Source: Eledone cirrhosa (taxonomy: Eukaryota). Taken from it: 64,000 bases of DNA. The stretch is taken from assembly GCA_964016885.1 (NCBI GenBank), contig OZ024753.1, positions 41,912,001 through 41,976,000 of the forward strand, written 5' to 3'. Each line of letters starts with the position of its first letter. Positions within the stretch are counted from its first letter, which is position 1. A program made the position numbers and the translations under genes. Of the stretch, positions 12,441-26,200 are shown in pieces. Under the pieces are notes generated by a model. It did not search any database, was not told the DNA's origin, and saw only the letters and a program-made list of their open reading frames with translations.

Positions 12441-12556
12441 ACGATGAAAAAATGAATGTGAGATGATGATGACGACAATGATGATGATTATGTAAATATT
12501 ATGTTATGTTATGTCTCTTATAATGTTGTTATTATGTATTACTTTCTTTGTACCAG

Positions 12557-12637
12557 TTGCAAACTGGGGTCTACCACTAGCAGCCATTGCCGATGTAAAA
12601 AAAGACCCTGACTTCATCAGTGGGAAAATGACAACTG
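12557..12637 (+). CDS. MPC1: MPC1 exon 4 ([27 protein letters not shown]-)
   Basis: ttctttgtaccag| acceptor and |GTAAAG donor; 81 nt; conserved MPC motif. Confidence 0.95.
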
Positions 12638-12752
12638 GTAAAGACATGTTTTTTTTGGTTTCTCTTCTTTTATCTTCCTAAATAATTTCAATACTATTTT
12701 AAATCATTAAAAGCTGAAACAATGCTTATAAAGAATTAAAACGGAATGTTTT

Positions 12753-12792
12753 ATTCAAAGTTTTCAGTCTAAAGAGACTTTCATCAGTGAAT
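12753..12792 (-). ncRNA. Minimal type I hammerhead motif
   Basis: Minus strand reads ATTCA-CTGATGA-A-AGTCT(CTTT)AGACT-GAAA-AC-TT-TGAAT; helices I and II pair perfectly, helix III vestigial. Confidence 0.55.
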
Positions 12793-12894
12793 ATAAGATC
12801 TGTTTTGGTTTTACAAGCCAGGAACTTTTTAGTGTTGGTTAATGGTTGAAGTTTGAAAAAGCATAAGCTTTAGTTGAAGTAATTCTAAAAGTTG

Positions 12895-12931
<37 letters not shown>

Positions 12932-14631
12932 CTTAAAATTGGAATGAGAATAAGAAGAAAGCAAGAAGGGGGCAGTTTTCCTTATCAGTTGTCTACTGGG
13001 GGGGTCTCGGATTAGCCTACCTTAACTAGCAACTACACAGCCAATCCTATTCTCTCTCTATATATATATATATATATATTAAAATAACAGATTAAAGTTT
13101 AAGCAAAGAATCTCTGCTTTCACCCTTAACAGGATCTTCTGAAAGATCTACGGTGTTGTATATATTTATATATATTATCTTTATCGAGCCCTCTTCGGAT
13201 TTTAGTCTTCACATTTATTATTATTACTATATATATATATATATATATATATACTGCCAGATACAGTTCTTTATGAGCAAGACACAGTCACCCAATCAAT
13301 CTTGCCTCAAGTGGGACTATTCCCATCTCACCCATGCTAGCGTGGAAGATAGACGTTAAACAATGATGATGATGATATATATATATATATATATGAGGAA
13401 ATATGAGTATCTGGTATAGTGTATTATATAATATAATTTTTCAGCTCTCATAGGCAATTGTGTAACTGTATTGAAACACATGTAAGACATCCTATTGTGT
13501 AATAAATCTTTCTTTGAATTTTAACAGATTTTATGGTGTGTGTGCGTGTGTCCTCAACCCCTTCCCCCCAAACAACTGAATAAAATACTAATTAATAAGC
13601 TGAGCAATATGTGACCCCAAAAAAATCAATGGTAAAATGGAAGGAGGTTGGTTTATATACGCCATCTAAACATTGTATTGATTAGCTGCCTCGGTTTATA
13701 AACGGTTATGATTTTTGTCTATTTCTCAGATATAAAATCGGGGTTTGAGTATATTCGGTTAGTAACATGGTAATGAAGGGGTTAATAATTATTTATATAG
13801 AGTAATTACTAATTACTATATCATACAACAACTTCATTTTTATCCTGAGACACCCTGTCATTGTATGTAGAATCATTAAAGCTAAAATAAAACTATCCAC
13901 CTGTGGTTCCCAGGAACACAATTCTCATCATTAAATCATTATAAATGGACTAAGTTTCAGAAAACTGGTTTAACCCTTTAGCATTTAGAATACTCCATAT
14001 TTACTATTATATTTTCACGCTAAAGGCTTTACCTCACATAATATCGGATCTATGAGATTTTGATATTTATTTTGAGAACACTACCTTAACATCAGTATGA
14101 GGGGCCAGTTGCAGCTGGTTTGAACAGAAATAGATGAGAGAATTCTGGCCAGATACAGCCGGTTTAAATACTAAACGTTTAATGCAGTAGAAATATACCA
14201 GCCATTTATAACATATCACACAATGCTTCGTATTATCTCGACTACTTTATATAAATAGAGGACTTATTTAGTTGTCAGACATGTTTAATCAATCCTGTTT
14301 ATTTATTCATTACGTAATATATTTCGATGTTAGACGATTACAACTGAACATTTTGACCCCATTAAAACTTATCAGCTTATCTTATCAATTTTGATTTTCT
14401 TTCTCTTCAGTCTTCTTGTATATAGAACAACTTTTGTTGTGTTGTTTAGTTTGGTGATGATGATGATGATATATAGAACAATTTTGTTGTGTTGTTTAGC
14501 ATGGGAAATAGACATGTGATGATTATGATATATTCAAGTGACATACATAAGCTATTTAGGTTATGTAATATATATATATGTAAAATATATATATATGGCC
14601 TCAGCCGGATGGCTGAAACAGGTAAAAGAGA

Positions 14632-14665
<34 letters not shown>

Positions 14666-14686
14666 ATATATATATATATATAGAGA

Positions 14687-15017
14687 GAGGCACATGGCTT
14701 AGTGGTTAGAGCATTGGCCTTGCAATCGAAAGGTTGTGAGTTCAATTCTCAGACCGGGTGATGTGTTGTTTCCTTGAGCAAGACACTTTATTTCACATTG
14801 CTCCAGTTTACTCAGCTGTAGAATGATAGGGACCCCAGTCCCTATCATTCCACTGCAAAGGGGTCGTGGAGGTGCCACGGCAAAAAAGCAGCCAGCACTC
14901 GCTGTAAATGAGGTTGGTGTTAGGAAGGGCATCCAGCTGTAGAAATCAAGCCAGAATCAGTTCCCGTCCCACCCTTGCAAGCAGGGAAAAGTGGACGTTA
15001 AATGAAATGATGATGAT
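14687..15017 (+). mobile_element. SINE family B
   Basis: Near-identical to 10970-11319. Confidence 0.85.
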
Positions 15018-15630
15018 ATATTCAACTGACATATATACAGTTATTTAGAATGTTATGTAATATATATAATATATATATTCAGTTGACATATATATAGAGC
15101 TATTTAGAACGTAATGTAATATATATATATATTCAATTGACATATAGAGAGCTATGTAGAATGTTATGTAATATCATCATCATCATCATCATTTTACGTC
15201 CGCTTTTCCCTATATATATATATTCAATTGACATATATAGAGCTATTTAGAACGTTATGTAATATATATATATATTCAATTGACATATATAGAGCTATGT
15301 AGAATGTTATGTAATATATATATATATTCAATTGACATATATAGAGCTATTTAGAATGTTATGTAATATATATATATATTCAATTGACATATAGAGGGCT
15401 ATGTAGAATGTTATGTAATATATATATATATTCAATTGACATATATAGAGCTATGTAGAATGTTATGTAATATATATATATATATTCAATTCTCATATAT
15501 AGAGCTATGTAGAATGTTATGTAATATATATATATATTCAATTGACATATATAGAGCTATGTAGAATGTTATGTAATATATATATATATTCAATTGACAT
15601 ATATAGAGCTATTTAGAATGTTATGTAATA
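15018..15630. repeat. ~50-bp AT-rich minisatellite
   Basis: ttcaattgacatatatagagctatgtagaatgttatgtaa(ta)n. Confidence 0.9.
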
Positions 15631-15818
15631 TCAACCGAGGTATATATAGCACTTGATGTTGTGGCTGTTGTTTCACTTTCATCCCCATATTTCTAATAAA
15701 TGACACTGTCTATGATTTTTAAAACAATCAAAACCACACACAGTCACACACACACACACACACACACAAAGACACAGTCACACACACACCCATTTCTATT
15801 CATATATTGTAATTTATT

Positions 15819-15999
15819 ATTGGCAGTATCGGTAGTGGGTTGGACGTCATGCTTTAACGCATAGAGTTACGGCCCTTTATGGTCTGAGTTCAAATCCTGC
15901 CGAGGTCAACTTTGCCTTTCATCCTTACGGGGTCGATAAAATAAAGTACCAGTAATGTACTGGGTAATTGCTGGCCTTGTGCCAAAAGTAGAAACAATT
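15819..15999 (+). mobile_element. SINE family A
   Basis: Family consensus match. Confidence 0.85.
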
Positions 16000-16157
16000 A
16001 TCATTACATTCAAAGTAAAGGGTGTCATGAATGATACAACATCAAACATGTTTTGTCTCACAAAAACAGCTCAAGATAGAATTCAGAGAATAAAATCAAG
16101 CCTTAATCATTATAAAACAGTGAATGAAATATATCCATTCATACTTAGGAGGAAGAA

Positions 16158-16370
16158 CGATCGACTTTCGTCAAATCGGACCGAGGGAACAATGTTTCCT
16201 TTGGTCTTTCCAATTGCTAATACTATCTATCGGTCGCAACTCCAGGTAGAAGGAGCAACGTGAAATAAAGTGTCTTGCTCAAGGACATAACGCATCGCCT
16301 GGTCCAGGAATCGAACTCACAACCTTACGATTGCGAATCCAATTCTCTAACCACTCAGCCACACGCCTTC
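16158..16370 (-). mobile_element. Related tRNA-SINE with a different 3' part
   Basis: tRNA head and V-like core; near-identical copy at 32797-33005; related heads at ~596-710 and ~63400-63552. Confidence 0.75.
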
Positions 16371-16589
16371 ATTCATACTTAAGTGTGGATTAAAATACAT
16401 CAAAACTTAAACTAGAGACAATCTGTACTGAATGTAAGACTACATAATTTGTTGAGTATCTTATTAAATTTAATAAAAAATTGAAACAAAATACCTGATA
16501 ACGATCAATATATTTCCATCATATGTAGTCTCCACAAAATCAGAATACATTTCACCAAATAACGGTGAAATTAGATTTTTAATATGCAT

Positions 16590-16933
16590 GGAGGCACATG
16601 GCTCAGTGGTTAGAGCATTGGCCTTGCAATTGAAAGGTTGTGAGTTCAATTCTCGGACCGGGTGATGTGTTGTTTCCTTGAGCAAGACACTTTATTTCAC
16701 ATTGCTCCAGTTTACTCAGCTGTAGAAATGAGATGATAGGGACTGGGGTCCCTATCATTCCACTGCAAAGTGGACGTGTAGGCGCCACGGAAAAAAAGCA
16801 CCCAGCACTCACTGCAAATGAGGTTGGTGTTAGGAAGGGCATCCAGCTGTATAAATCAAGCCAGAATCAGTTCCCACCCCACCCTTGCAAGCAGGGAAAA
16901 GCGGACGTAAAATGAAATGATGATGATGATGAT
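16590..16933 (+). mobile_element. SINE family B
   Basis: Near-identical to 10970-11319. Confidence 0.85.
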
Positions 16934-16998
16934 TTATGTGTGTATAGATATATTTCATTCACATTTCTATTCATATATTGTAATTTATATATTTTCAG

Positions 16999-17131
16999 CC
17001 CTCACAATATACTCATTACTGTTTATGAGGTTTGCCTGGAAAGTTCAACCTCGGAATCTTCTTCTCTTTGCCTGCCATATTACCAATGTCACTGCCCAGG
17101 TAACACAAGGGGCAAGATTTGTTAACCATTT
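16999..17131 (+). CDS. MPC1: MPC1 exon 5 ([44 protein letters not shown]-)
   Basis: ttttcag| acceptor and |GTAAGT donor; 133 nt; FMRFAxKVQPRN motif. Confidence 0.95.
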
Positions 17132-17391
17132 GTAAGTTCTTTGTTTATCTCTGTATATCTTGTTTATTAACTGTAAGAAGTACTAGATACTTTCCACTTA
17201 GTCTGTTATGGCTTACTAGCTCTATACGGACGTTTAAATTGATTAAATAAATAAATTTTGGAAGTGAAGACACGTGGCTCAGAGGTTCAATTCATGACCA
17301 TTCCAGGATTTTCCTTGTTTGCCTCTCCCTTGACTGTCCTGAACGATGGTTTTGGGACAAGGAGTTGTGGCAGGATATATGTATATATATG

Positions 17392-17422
<31 letters not shown>

Positions 17423-17424
<2 letters not shown>

Positions 17425-17716
17425 CATCATCATCATTTTACGTCCGCTTTTCCCTGCTTGCAAGGGTGGGACGGGAACTGATTCTGGCTTGATTTCTACA
17501 GCTGGATGCCCTTCTTAAAACCAACCTCATTTACAGTGTGGGGTGGGTGCTTTTTTTGCCATGGCTCTATCATCTCATTTCTACAGCTGAGTAAACTGGA
17601 GCAATGTGAAATAAAGTCTCTTGCTCAAGGAAACAACACATCACCCGGTCTGAGAATTAAACTCACCACCTTTCGATTGCAAGGCCAATGCTCTAACCAC
17701 TGAGCCATGTTCCTCC
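17423..17716 (-). mobile_element. SINE family B, inverted, internally deleted
   Basis: Reverse complement of family B including the (ATC)n tail. Confidence 0.85.
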
Positions 17717-17747
<31 letters not shown>

Positions 17748-18395
17748 CAGGAGAGTGTGTTTTCATTTACAAGATTTTATCCTTTTAATTATTATGTTTC
17801 TCCTCCACCTTATATTAACTTATATTCTCTTCACGCTGGTGGTTAAAATCCTGTAAATGAAAACACACTCTCCTGTGTTTTTCCTCTCTATATTGTATTT
17901 TAAAGTGCCCAGGAAAACTCTTTCCTTTGAGCTCATTGAATTACAGGATTATAGGCGAGTCCTTTACTCCGTTATTTTACTTGATATATATATATATATA
18001 TATGGCCATACTAAACAAGTTTCCGTCTTTTCACTATCGCAAAGCATGGTTCTTCTCTGTCAGCATATTTGTTAACTTGCTGCCTAACAAAGCTGTTTGT
18101 TTTGTGCTCTGTGTATGGGATGTGAAGCAACCTTCTGAAGCACTTGTACTCGACTGGATTCTTAGTTCCATGTCTGCTGTGAGAGTCGAACTCTCACACT
18201 CATACAAAATGATCGAAGTCACAGAACAAAAACCATTTTGTTGGAACTACTTAGTTGATATATTAACAAGATTTTAATTAGAAAGAAGTAGAAATAACTC
18301 ATTTAATGAAAATATTATTTTGTTTTCTTAATTTAGTTATTTACTAATTACAAATGTATCTTTAATTAGTTTTGAATTTATGTTTATCTTTGCAG

Positions 18396-18435
18396 TTACC
18401 TCTCTGACAAGTCGAAGAATAAGGCAAACCCCTAG
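18396..18435 (+). CDS. MPC1: MPC1 terminal exon (-FYLSDKSKNKANP*)
   Basis: tatctttgcag| acceptor, correct phase, TAG at 18433-18435; total CDS 342 nt; ATTAAA at ~18543 may be the poly(A) signal. Confidence 0.75.
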
Positions 18436-19021
18436 TGATAACTGGTATCATTAAGCAGTAAATTAATGTTGAAATTATAATTTATGTTATAGGGAATTTG
18501 TATTTTATTATTTTCTATTACTATCTGTTTTATATTTGTTTTATTAAATCTGATACATAAAATATTGTTGTTAAATTATTGTCATTTATTTATTTCATCT
18601 CCGTTTAATGTCCATTTTACATACTAGCATGGGTTAGACGAGTTGTCCTGTTGTGAGACAAGCCATGTCAGATGACTGTGTCTTGCTCTGATTTTGGCTT
18701 GGTTTCTACAGCTGGATGCTCTTCCTAATGCCACCCTCATTTACTGGGTGCTTTTTGTCGTGACACCTACACAACCACTTTACAGTATGGATTGGAAACT
18801 TTTTGTCGTGTCACCAAGACAACCACTCTACAGTGTGGACTGGGCACTTTTTGTCGTGTCACCAACACAACCTCTTTACAGTGTTGACTGGGTGCTTTTT
18901 GTCATTCACCAACACAACCGCTTTTCAGTGTGGACTAGGTGCTTTTTGTCATTCACCAACACAACCGCTTTTCAGTGTGGACTAGGTGCTTTCTATTTGT
19001 TTATTTGGCATCGATTTTGAA

Positions 19022-19310
19022 ATGGAAAAATCAAAAAGGACATTATCGTCATATTTTGTTGTATTACTTCCGAAAAAGAAAAGAACACTGTGGAAGCTGT
19101 TAAAGTTAAATGATATTATAAGATGAAGATGGCTTAAAACTATGGCAGTGTAAAAATTGGATTGTTACATCTCGGTCCAGAAATGTTTAGGTTAAAGACG
19201 AACCACACCCGAGAAGACCAATAGATGCTGATAACGACAGGGGAGGTTGCTGAGAAACTTAATATATCGAAAGTGAGCATTCATGTCCATTTAAAGTTTG
19301 TGCTGAGAAA
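19022..19310 (+). pseudogene. Mariner transposase N-terminal (HTH) remnant
   Basis: Frameshifted HYRHILLYYFRK...QCKNW...VKDEPHPRRPIDADND...EVAEKLNISK..HVHLK resembles mariner/SETMAR-type transposases. Confidence 0.7.
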
Positions 19311-20240
19311 GCATTTTTGAAGGGGAAATAACTCAGGTATGAATATTTACCGTTTCATTTACTGGAAGAAAAACATGTCTCTTTATTACGTAGAATTCAC
19401 TGTGTGTGTGTAGGAAGGTTGGGATAAGGTATGTGTTGTATGTGGTAAGCGTGGGTGTATGTCCTATTGTTTATGAATATATCAGGGTAGGTATAAGTGT
19501 GATAGTATCGAGAAAGAAGGTGATCAAATATTACTATTTTCACAGTAGAAGAAACGGTAATTATTTAAACCAGAGTTACCTCCCTTCTACTAATAGTAGA
19601 TAGTAAGAAATTTATTAGTAGGCTCGCTAGCAATGATCGCCAACTGCACATGCACTTCCGTTGAGTTATCATCAGCTCAGCACGGGCAATCCGGAATTTT
19701 TTTGATAACCCCTCGCATCTATCTGTCTATCTACATATGTTCATATCTACCTAACTCTATATCTTTCTGTCTGCTTATCTATCCATTTGACTGTCAATCT
19801 ATAATTATCCGTTCATGTATATTTACCAATATATCTATCTTTGTACAAAAACAACAATAACGACAACAAAGTCCAAGTATCATTAGCAATCGAAAGATAG
19901 ATCGATTCATAGGTAAAACAAAGACATCATAATTTAAGAAGAGAAAATCTAGAAGAAAATTATTGTAATTGATTTAAATAAATGTAAAATGAAAAACGAC
20001 GATGGTTGAAATAGTGAAGGAATATCAAGGATTTAAGTATCCTTAGATATAATTGTTTCTACTTTAGGCACAAGGCCAGCAATTACACAGTGCATACCAA
20101 GGAGCACAATTGATGGCGGCAGTGTCGCATTTCCTCGAGCATAAATGACAGACCAAGGAAGGACAGCTAGAGAAAATGTAGCAAGAATGGCGGTGCCCTA
20201 GCATACCTCCAGCCTGTTGGCTGGAATAAGTAAAAGACAA

Positions 20241-20545
20241 AAGATCTGGGATGCTGCATACAGCGAGACATTCTCCAGCAACAACCTGGTGTAGTCTGCG
20301 ACTAACCCAGGCTCTGCTGCACTTCGGACCGAGGAGAGTAAACCCTCCAAATATCGATCGCTCTCCGATAGGTTTGCGGTCGAGCCCGTAGCAGTAGAAA
20401 CTTCTGGTGTTCTTGACCCTAGGGCCACCTCGCTACTCACCACCATCAGCACAGAGTTGGCAACCAGTGGGAGCCATGTGAGCTGGAATGGCTCTTTCCA
20501 CACGTCTCCTCACCATTCTCCAGGGAAACGCTTTCTCTATTCTAT
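20241..20545 (+). pseudogene. Restriction-like endonuclease C-terminus of a CRE-type non-LTR retrotransposon, degenerate
   Basis: IWDAAYSETFS..NPGSAALRTEESKPSKYRSL..EPVAVETSGV..EPxELEWL..ILQGNA, with a stop and frameshifts. Confidence 0.7.
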
Positions 20546-20764
20546 CCGCCAGGGCCGCGGGGCGACAGTGGGTGTTTGGTTCCATTGTGTTCGGAATAAA
20601 GAATAAAGGATGGAATTAGAACTAAGATTGGGGTATTTACCGTGATCGTATACGCGGCTATTGTTGTTGGGTTAGTATGGATTAATTGGTGGTTAGGGGT
20701 TAGCGCATTCAGATCTAACATCATTCTTCAGACCCTGTTGTTCATGTTAGATCCATTACCCGCC

Positions 20765-21065
20765 GAAGAATATGTACAGGTGTTTCAAAGTATCCAGATC
20801 CTTCCGACAGTTTAGGGTTGGTTCTCACTTCCTAATGAGATGTGCCTACGTTATTCGGAGGCTTATCGCGTCTTTTGGTTCTGCAAGTATTTTTGTTGCG
20901 ATGCCCCTCTCCCATTCTTGTCTGTGCTTCGTGGTGGTGGTGGTGGTGGAGTTGTTTTTTTCGGAGTGTTCCTTTACTCTGTGAAGTAGTTGTCTTGTGG
21001 GATCGAAGTAGTTGGCGGTACATACGCAGTTCAGCCCATAAACTGCGTGGTTCCTTAGACATGTT
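20765..21065 (-). pseudogene. Penelope-like element GIY-YIG endonuclease remnant
   Basis: One frame reads CLRNHAVYGLNCVCTANYFDPTRQLLHRVKEH...TKILAEPKDAISLRIT*AHLIRK*EPTLNCRKD; PLE pattern VY..C..C..YIG.T.R.L..RxxEH...E...I...P.LN; two in-frame stops. Confidence 0.75.
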
Positions 21066-21513
21066 GGTTTATGTAGTTGTTGTTCATTACTATTGTGGTA
21101 GTAGTAGCAGTAGTAGTAGTAGTAGTACTTTCTCTGACCGTTATCTGAGTATGAATTCGTAATTATGAAAGTATGAGCCCTTGATGTGTAAATATATAGG
21201 TAATAGATTATTTAGTCCGTGGTAATTAGGCGTATATTGTCATAAAATACTTAAGTTTCAAGATGTTAGTAGGTGAATCCCATTATTGGAAGAGATTCAC
21301 TCCTATATACTATATCAACTTTTAATCAGACGTTCATTTCAAACGAATTTAAGTATTCTATAAAAAAATGTATGCCTAATAACTTTACATTAAACAATAT
21401 ATATATATATATGTACACACACATTTATATATAAACACACACACATATATATATATACATATTATATATATATACACACACATATATATAAACATATATA
21501 GATATATATACAT

Positions 21514-21552
<39 letters not shown>

Positions 21553-21727
21553 CTATGAAATTTGTAGTACACTTCGATAAACTGCCACTTTCATAGACAG
21601 TGTTGATAAGGGCTCATATATATATATATATTACGCACTCTACTACCCTAAGTATTGAGTATTCTGGTGCGTTTTGGTCTATCTGGTTCCTTACCACACT
21701 CCTTCGCTATATATATATATATATATA

Positions 21728-21984
21728 TTAAAATAACAGATTAACGTTTAAGCAAAGAATCGCTGCTTTCACCCTTAACGGGATCTTCTGAAACTAACAA
21801 AGTCAATCTGTGAACGCAGAAGTGAATATTTAAAAAAACGTTGCAACCGGAGGAAGACAGGAAGACGATACTTTGGTTCGTGGAAACGTTCCCTTCACTT
21901 TCTCTACTGTTCTTATATATTTGATATATATTTATCCTTATCGAGCCCTCTTTGGATTTTAGTCTTCTAATTTATTATTATTAC

Positions 21985-21985
<1 letters not shown>
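21728..21985. mobile_element. (TA)n-embedded dispersed element
   Basis: Starts TTAAAATAACAGATTAA and ends TTATTATTACTA; shorter versions at 8302-8366, 13079-13230 and 25283-25349. Confidence 0.65.
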
Positions 21986-22026
<41 letters not shown>

Positions 22027-22816
22027 CTATAACCGCCGTATCAACCCGTCACAGTATCAAACAACCAGAGTATCAAACTGCTCTCAAACACAATACAGTT
22101 GATACACTGATACACTGAGGTGTGAGCAGTAGATTCAACTACAATCAATGTATCAGAATCTCTGTGAAATATAAGAATTATAAGGAACAGTGACTCATCG
22201 TTTTCCATGCCTAAATTACTAAACCGGGGTTCTTTTACATAATTTTGCAACAACCAAATTACTCTCCTCCGCCATTCCATATCCTCCTTTATCTTCCTTC
22301 TTTCCCACTTCCAGAAATGGAAATTACCTTCAGTGAATTGGCATTCTAGTTTCGACTCTTACTCAAGAATCTTTTTTCGTTTATTGTCCTTCAGATAGCT
22401 TCAGGGAGAAATGTATGTATGTATGTGTGTATGTGTGTGTGTATGTATGTATGTATGTATGTATGTGTGTATGTATGTGTGTATGTATGTATGTATGTAT
22501 GTATGTATGTATGTTATCTCTTTCTCTTAATTTCGAGTATATTTTTTTTGACCGGCCACCTTCCTGGTGGCAAGGTTGTAAAAGAAAGGAAATTGTCATC
22601 CCTTGAATCGCAAGAATGTTTTGCAAATTTTGTGTATGTATGTGTGTATGTATGTATGTATGTATGTATGTATGTATGTTATCGTCATCACAACTTTTGC
22701 TTTTCTTATTTTGCCTGGTAAGTCTGGAGAAATCTGAAAAACATATCCATTAGGGAAAGTTGTTTCTCTGCAGTACTGTTTTTCTAATTTTCTCTCCATT
22801 TTTCTTTTCCCCCTTC

Positions 22817-23650
22817 CATCATCATCACCAACACCACCACCACTACCACCACCACCACCACCACCACCACCACCACCGCCACCACCACCACCAATCACCA
22901 TCAACCACTGCAACCTTCAAAACCACCACCACTACTATCAAAACCATCATCACCAGCCACTAACACCACCACCAATACCACTAGCAACGCCATCAAAACC
23001 ACCACCACACACAACAACAACAACACCACCAAACAACACCACCAATACCACCACAAACACTACCATCAACACCCCCACCACCACCAATACCACCAGCAAC
23101 ACCATCAAAACGACCACCAATGCCACCACAAACACTACCATCAACAAAATCAACACCACCACCATCAAAACCACCACCACCAGCCACTAACACCATCACC
23201 AATACCACCACAAACACTACACTACCACCAACACCACTACACCACAACCACCATCATCACCAATACCATCACAAACACTACCACCAATACCAACCACACC
23301 ATCACCTCTACACCACCAATACCACCAAACACTACCACCACCACCACCACCACCACAAACACAACCACACCACCACCATCAATACCACCACGCTACCACC
23401 ACCAATACCACCACAAACACTACCATCAATACCACGACGACACCACCACCATCAATACCACCACGCTACCACCACCAATACCACCACAAACACTACCATC
23501 AATACCACGACGACACCACCACCAATACCACCACAAACACTACCATCAATACCACGACACCACCACCATCAATACCACTACTACCACCAATACCACCACA
23601 CCACCACCACTACGACCAATACTACTACCACCACACCACCACTACCATCA
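22817..23650. repeat. Degenerate (CCA)n/(CAA)n simple-repeat block
   Basis: Direct reading. Confidence 0.9.
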
Positions 23651-24280
23651 ACAGCGATCGATAAAGACACCAACAATTACAATCTCGAGAAACATGAGAG
23701 CAAATTAGATAAATGAAGAGAAAATTATGAGAGGAGATTCTCTGTTTTTCGTCCTTTCTCATGAAGAAACCAAATAAAAGATTGTCCAATTAGTGGTAGC
23801 CGTTGCTCTTTGATCTTGTACGAATTCCAACAACCAGAATCACAGCTGATCAGAGAATAGGAAGATGCTTTCAGCGAATTTTACAAAGTATTCGTCGCAA
23901 CGAATTAATAAAATAAAATAAAATAGAAATGGAATGAAATACAAATAAAATAAAATAAAATAAAGTGAAATATAGTGAAATGAAATAAAGTGAAAATTTT
24001 CAATAATTTTCAGTAATTTCTCAAATTAAAATGTAACAAACAAACAGAGTTAGAATGTGAGAGAAATAGTGAAATGGTGTGAATATGTGTACACACATAC
24101 ACATATAGATATATAGAGATAGATAGATAGATAGATAGATACACAGATAGATATATAGATATGAACACACATACACGTATAGATATAGATAGATAGATAG
24201 ATAAATAGATATATACACACACATACATACGTACGCCTAAATACTATGCGTAGATATATATATATATTTACACATATATG

Positions 24281-24326
<46 letters not shown>

Positions 24327-24353
24327 CACACACACACACAGATCCATACATAG

Positions 24354-24386
<33 letters not shown>

Positions 24387-24494
24387 CATACACACACACA
24401 CACAGATCCATACATAGATACATACATATATATATATAATGTAATTTGTGAGCGTGTGTGAATGTGTGAATGTGCGTATGTATGTGTGTGCATG

Positions 24495-24598
<104 letters not shown>

Positions 24599-25124
24599 GA
24601 AAGAAAATAGTTCTCAAAATAAGAATGGTTTAATATTTCTACGTTTTATGACTTGCAGAAATTAACTTTGGAATCCCCCCCTCTCCCTCTCTCCCCTCTC
24701 TCCTATATATATCAATATTCATGCTAGAGCACTGAATATATTTGAAGATCTAAAGGTAAGCTTAAGGCAGATATAACTTGCCTGCTTTTTTATTAGATGT
24801 CTTTGCTGTGAAATGTGAACACTTTCAAGTATTCCTCTATACACACAAAAAAAGAAAAGAAACTTATTTTTGTGTAAAAATATAAGCCCTGCCCTGAAAA
24901 TATACCTTGTGCCTTTTTTTGAGGGAAAATTAATATAAAACCTGTCTTAAAATAAAGGAAACATGGTATACATCATGCAGAATATAGAAAATACTTTAAA
25001 CAGTTTAATTTGCATGATGTGCATACGCTGGGCAACGTAAATTAATTAAGCACAAACAATATATATATATATATATACAACCACATACTCATACTCGTGT
25101 ACGTTTTCATACAGACGTAGTAGC

Positions 25125-25155
<31 letters not shown>

Positions 25156-25253
25156 TGAATACAAAAATATACACAAACAAAATGGAGTAAAATATTCAAA
25201 TCTGAGGAAATCTTTCCTAAAAATTTCCACTCACCAATACGTCACGTGGTTTT

Positions 25254-25289
<36 letters not shown>

Positions 25290-25345
25290 TAACAGATTAA
25301 AGTTTAAGCAAAGAATCGGATTTTAGTCTTCACATTTATTATTAT

Positions 25346-25378
<33 letters not shown>

Positions 25379-25380
<2 letters not shown>

Positions 25381-25567
25381 AAAAAGTATGACCCCGACGG
25401 CAGAACTCAAGCCGTTTCGACGGCTATTTCTGGTCAGAAATAGCCGTCGAAACGGCTTGAGCTCTGCCGTCGGGGTCATACTTTTTCCTATTTCCCACTC
25501 TACTACCCTAAGTATTGAGTACTCTGGTGCGTTATGGTCCATCTGGTTCCTCACCACAATTCCTTTG

Positions 25568-25570
<3 letters not shown>
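25379..25570 (+). mobile_element. (TA)n-embedded short element with 5' inversion (110-bp palindrome) and hammerhead 3' half
   Basis: GAAACGGC..GCCGTC-GGGGTC; related copies at 21635-21710 and 33533-33715. Confidence 0.65.
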
Positions 25571-25604
<34 letters not shown>

Positions 25605-25927
25605 ATTTAATTTTTTTTTTTTTTTCTCAATCGTTTTTTTTTTTTTGTGTGTATGTTATCGAAATAAATTTGATATCATATGAAGCACTGACGGAAATTT
25701 CGAAGACGATAATTTTGATACTAAAAATCGATACGATAACCAAACGCTACAAGAGTAAATAGAAAGATCATTGGTCTTTACTTTTCTGCTGAAATACCGG
25801 AACAGTTTTCACATCAAACGGTTCGTTTCCTTATGAAGAGAATAGCAACAGTAATTTCCGATCCGAAAGAAAAACGGATCTACTTTGAAATATATTCTCA
25901 ACTAAGAGTGCCCTAGAGGCGATGAGT

Positions 25928-25969
<42 letters not shown>

Positions 25970-26147
25970 TACAAATCACCCCTACTATTTTCTTGATCGA
26001 TAATATCATTAAGGTTTTCTTTGATTGTTAACAGAAAGAAATCGAGACCTATCTTTGTTGTCACTTCAAAATCGATCTTGTGTCATTGTTGGTAAGAAAT
26101 CTCTTCGAACATAGACGCGAAAAGATTGATATCAAAGAAATATACGA

Positions 26148-26200
<53 letters not shown>

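Noticed and set aside
12021-12466. Repetitive ORFs (DITRAGQLEH...)
   Set aside because: Translations of a 30-bp minisatellite open in several frames inside an MPC1 intron
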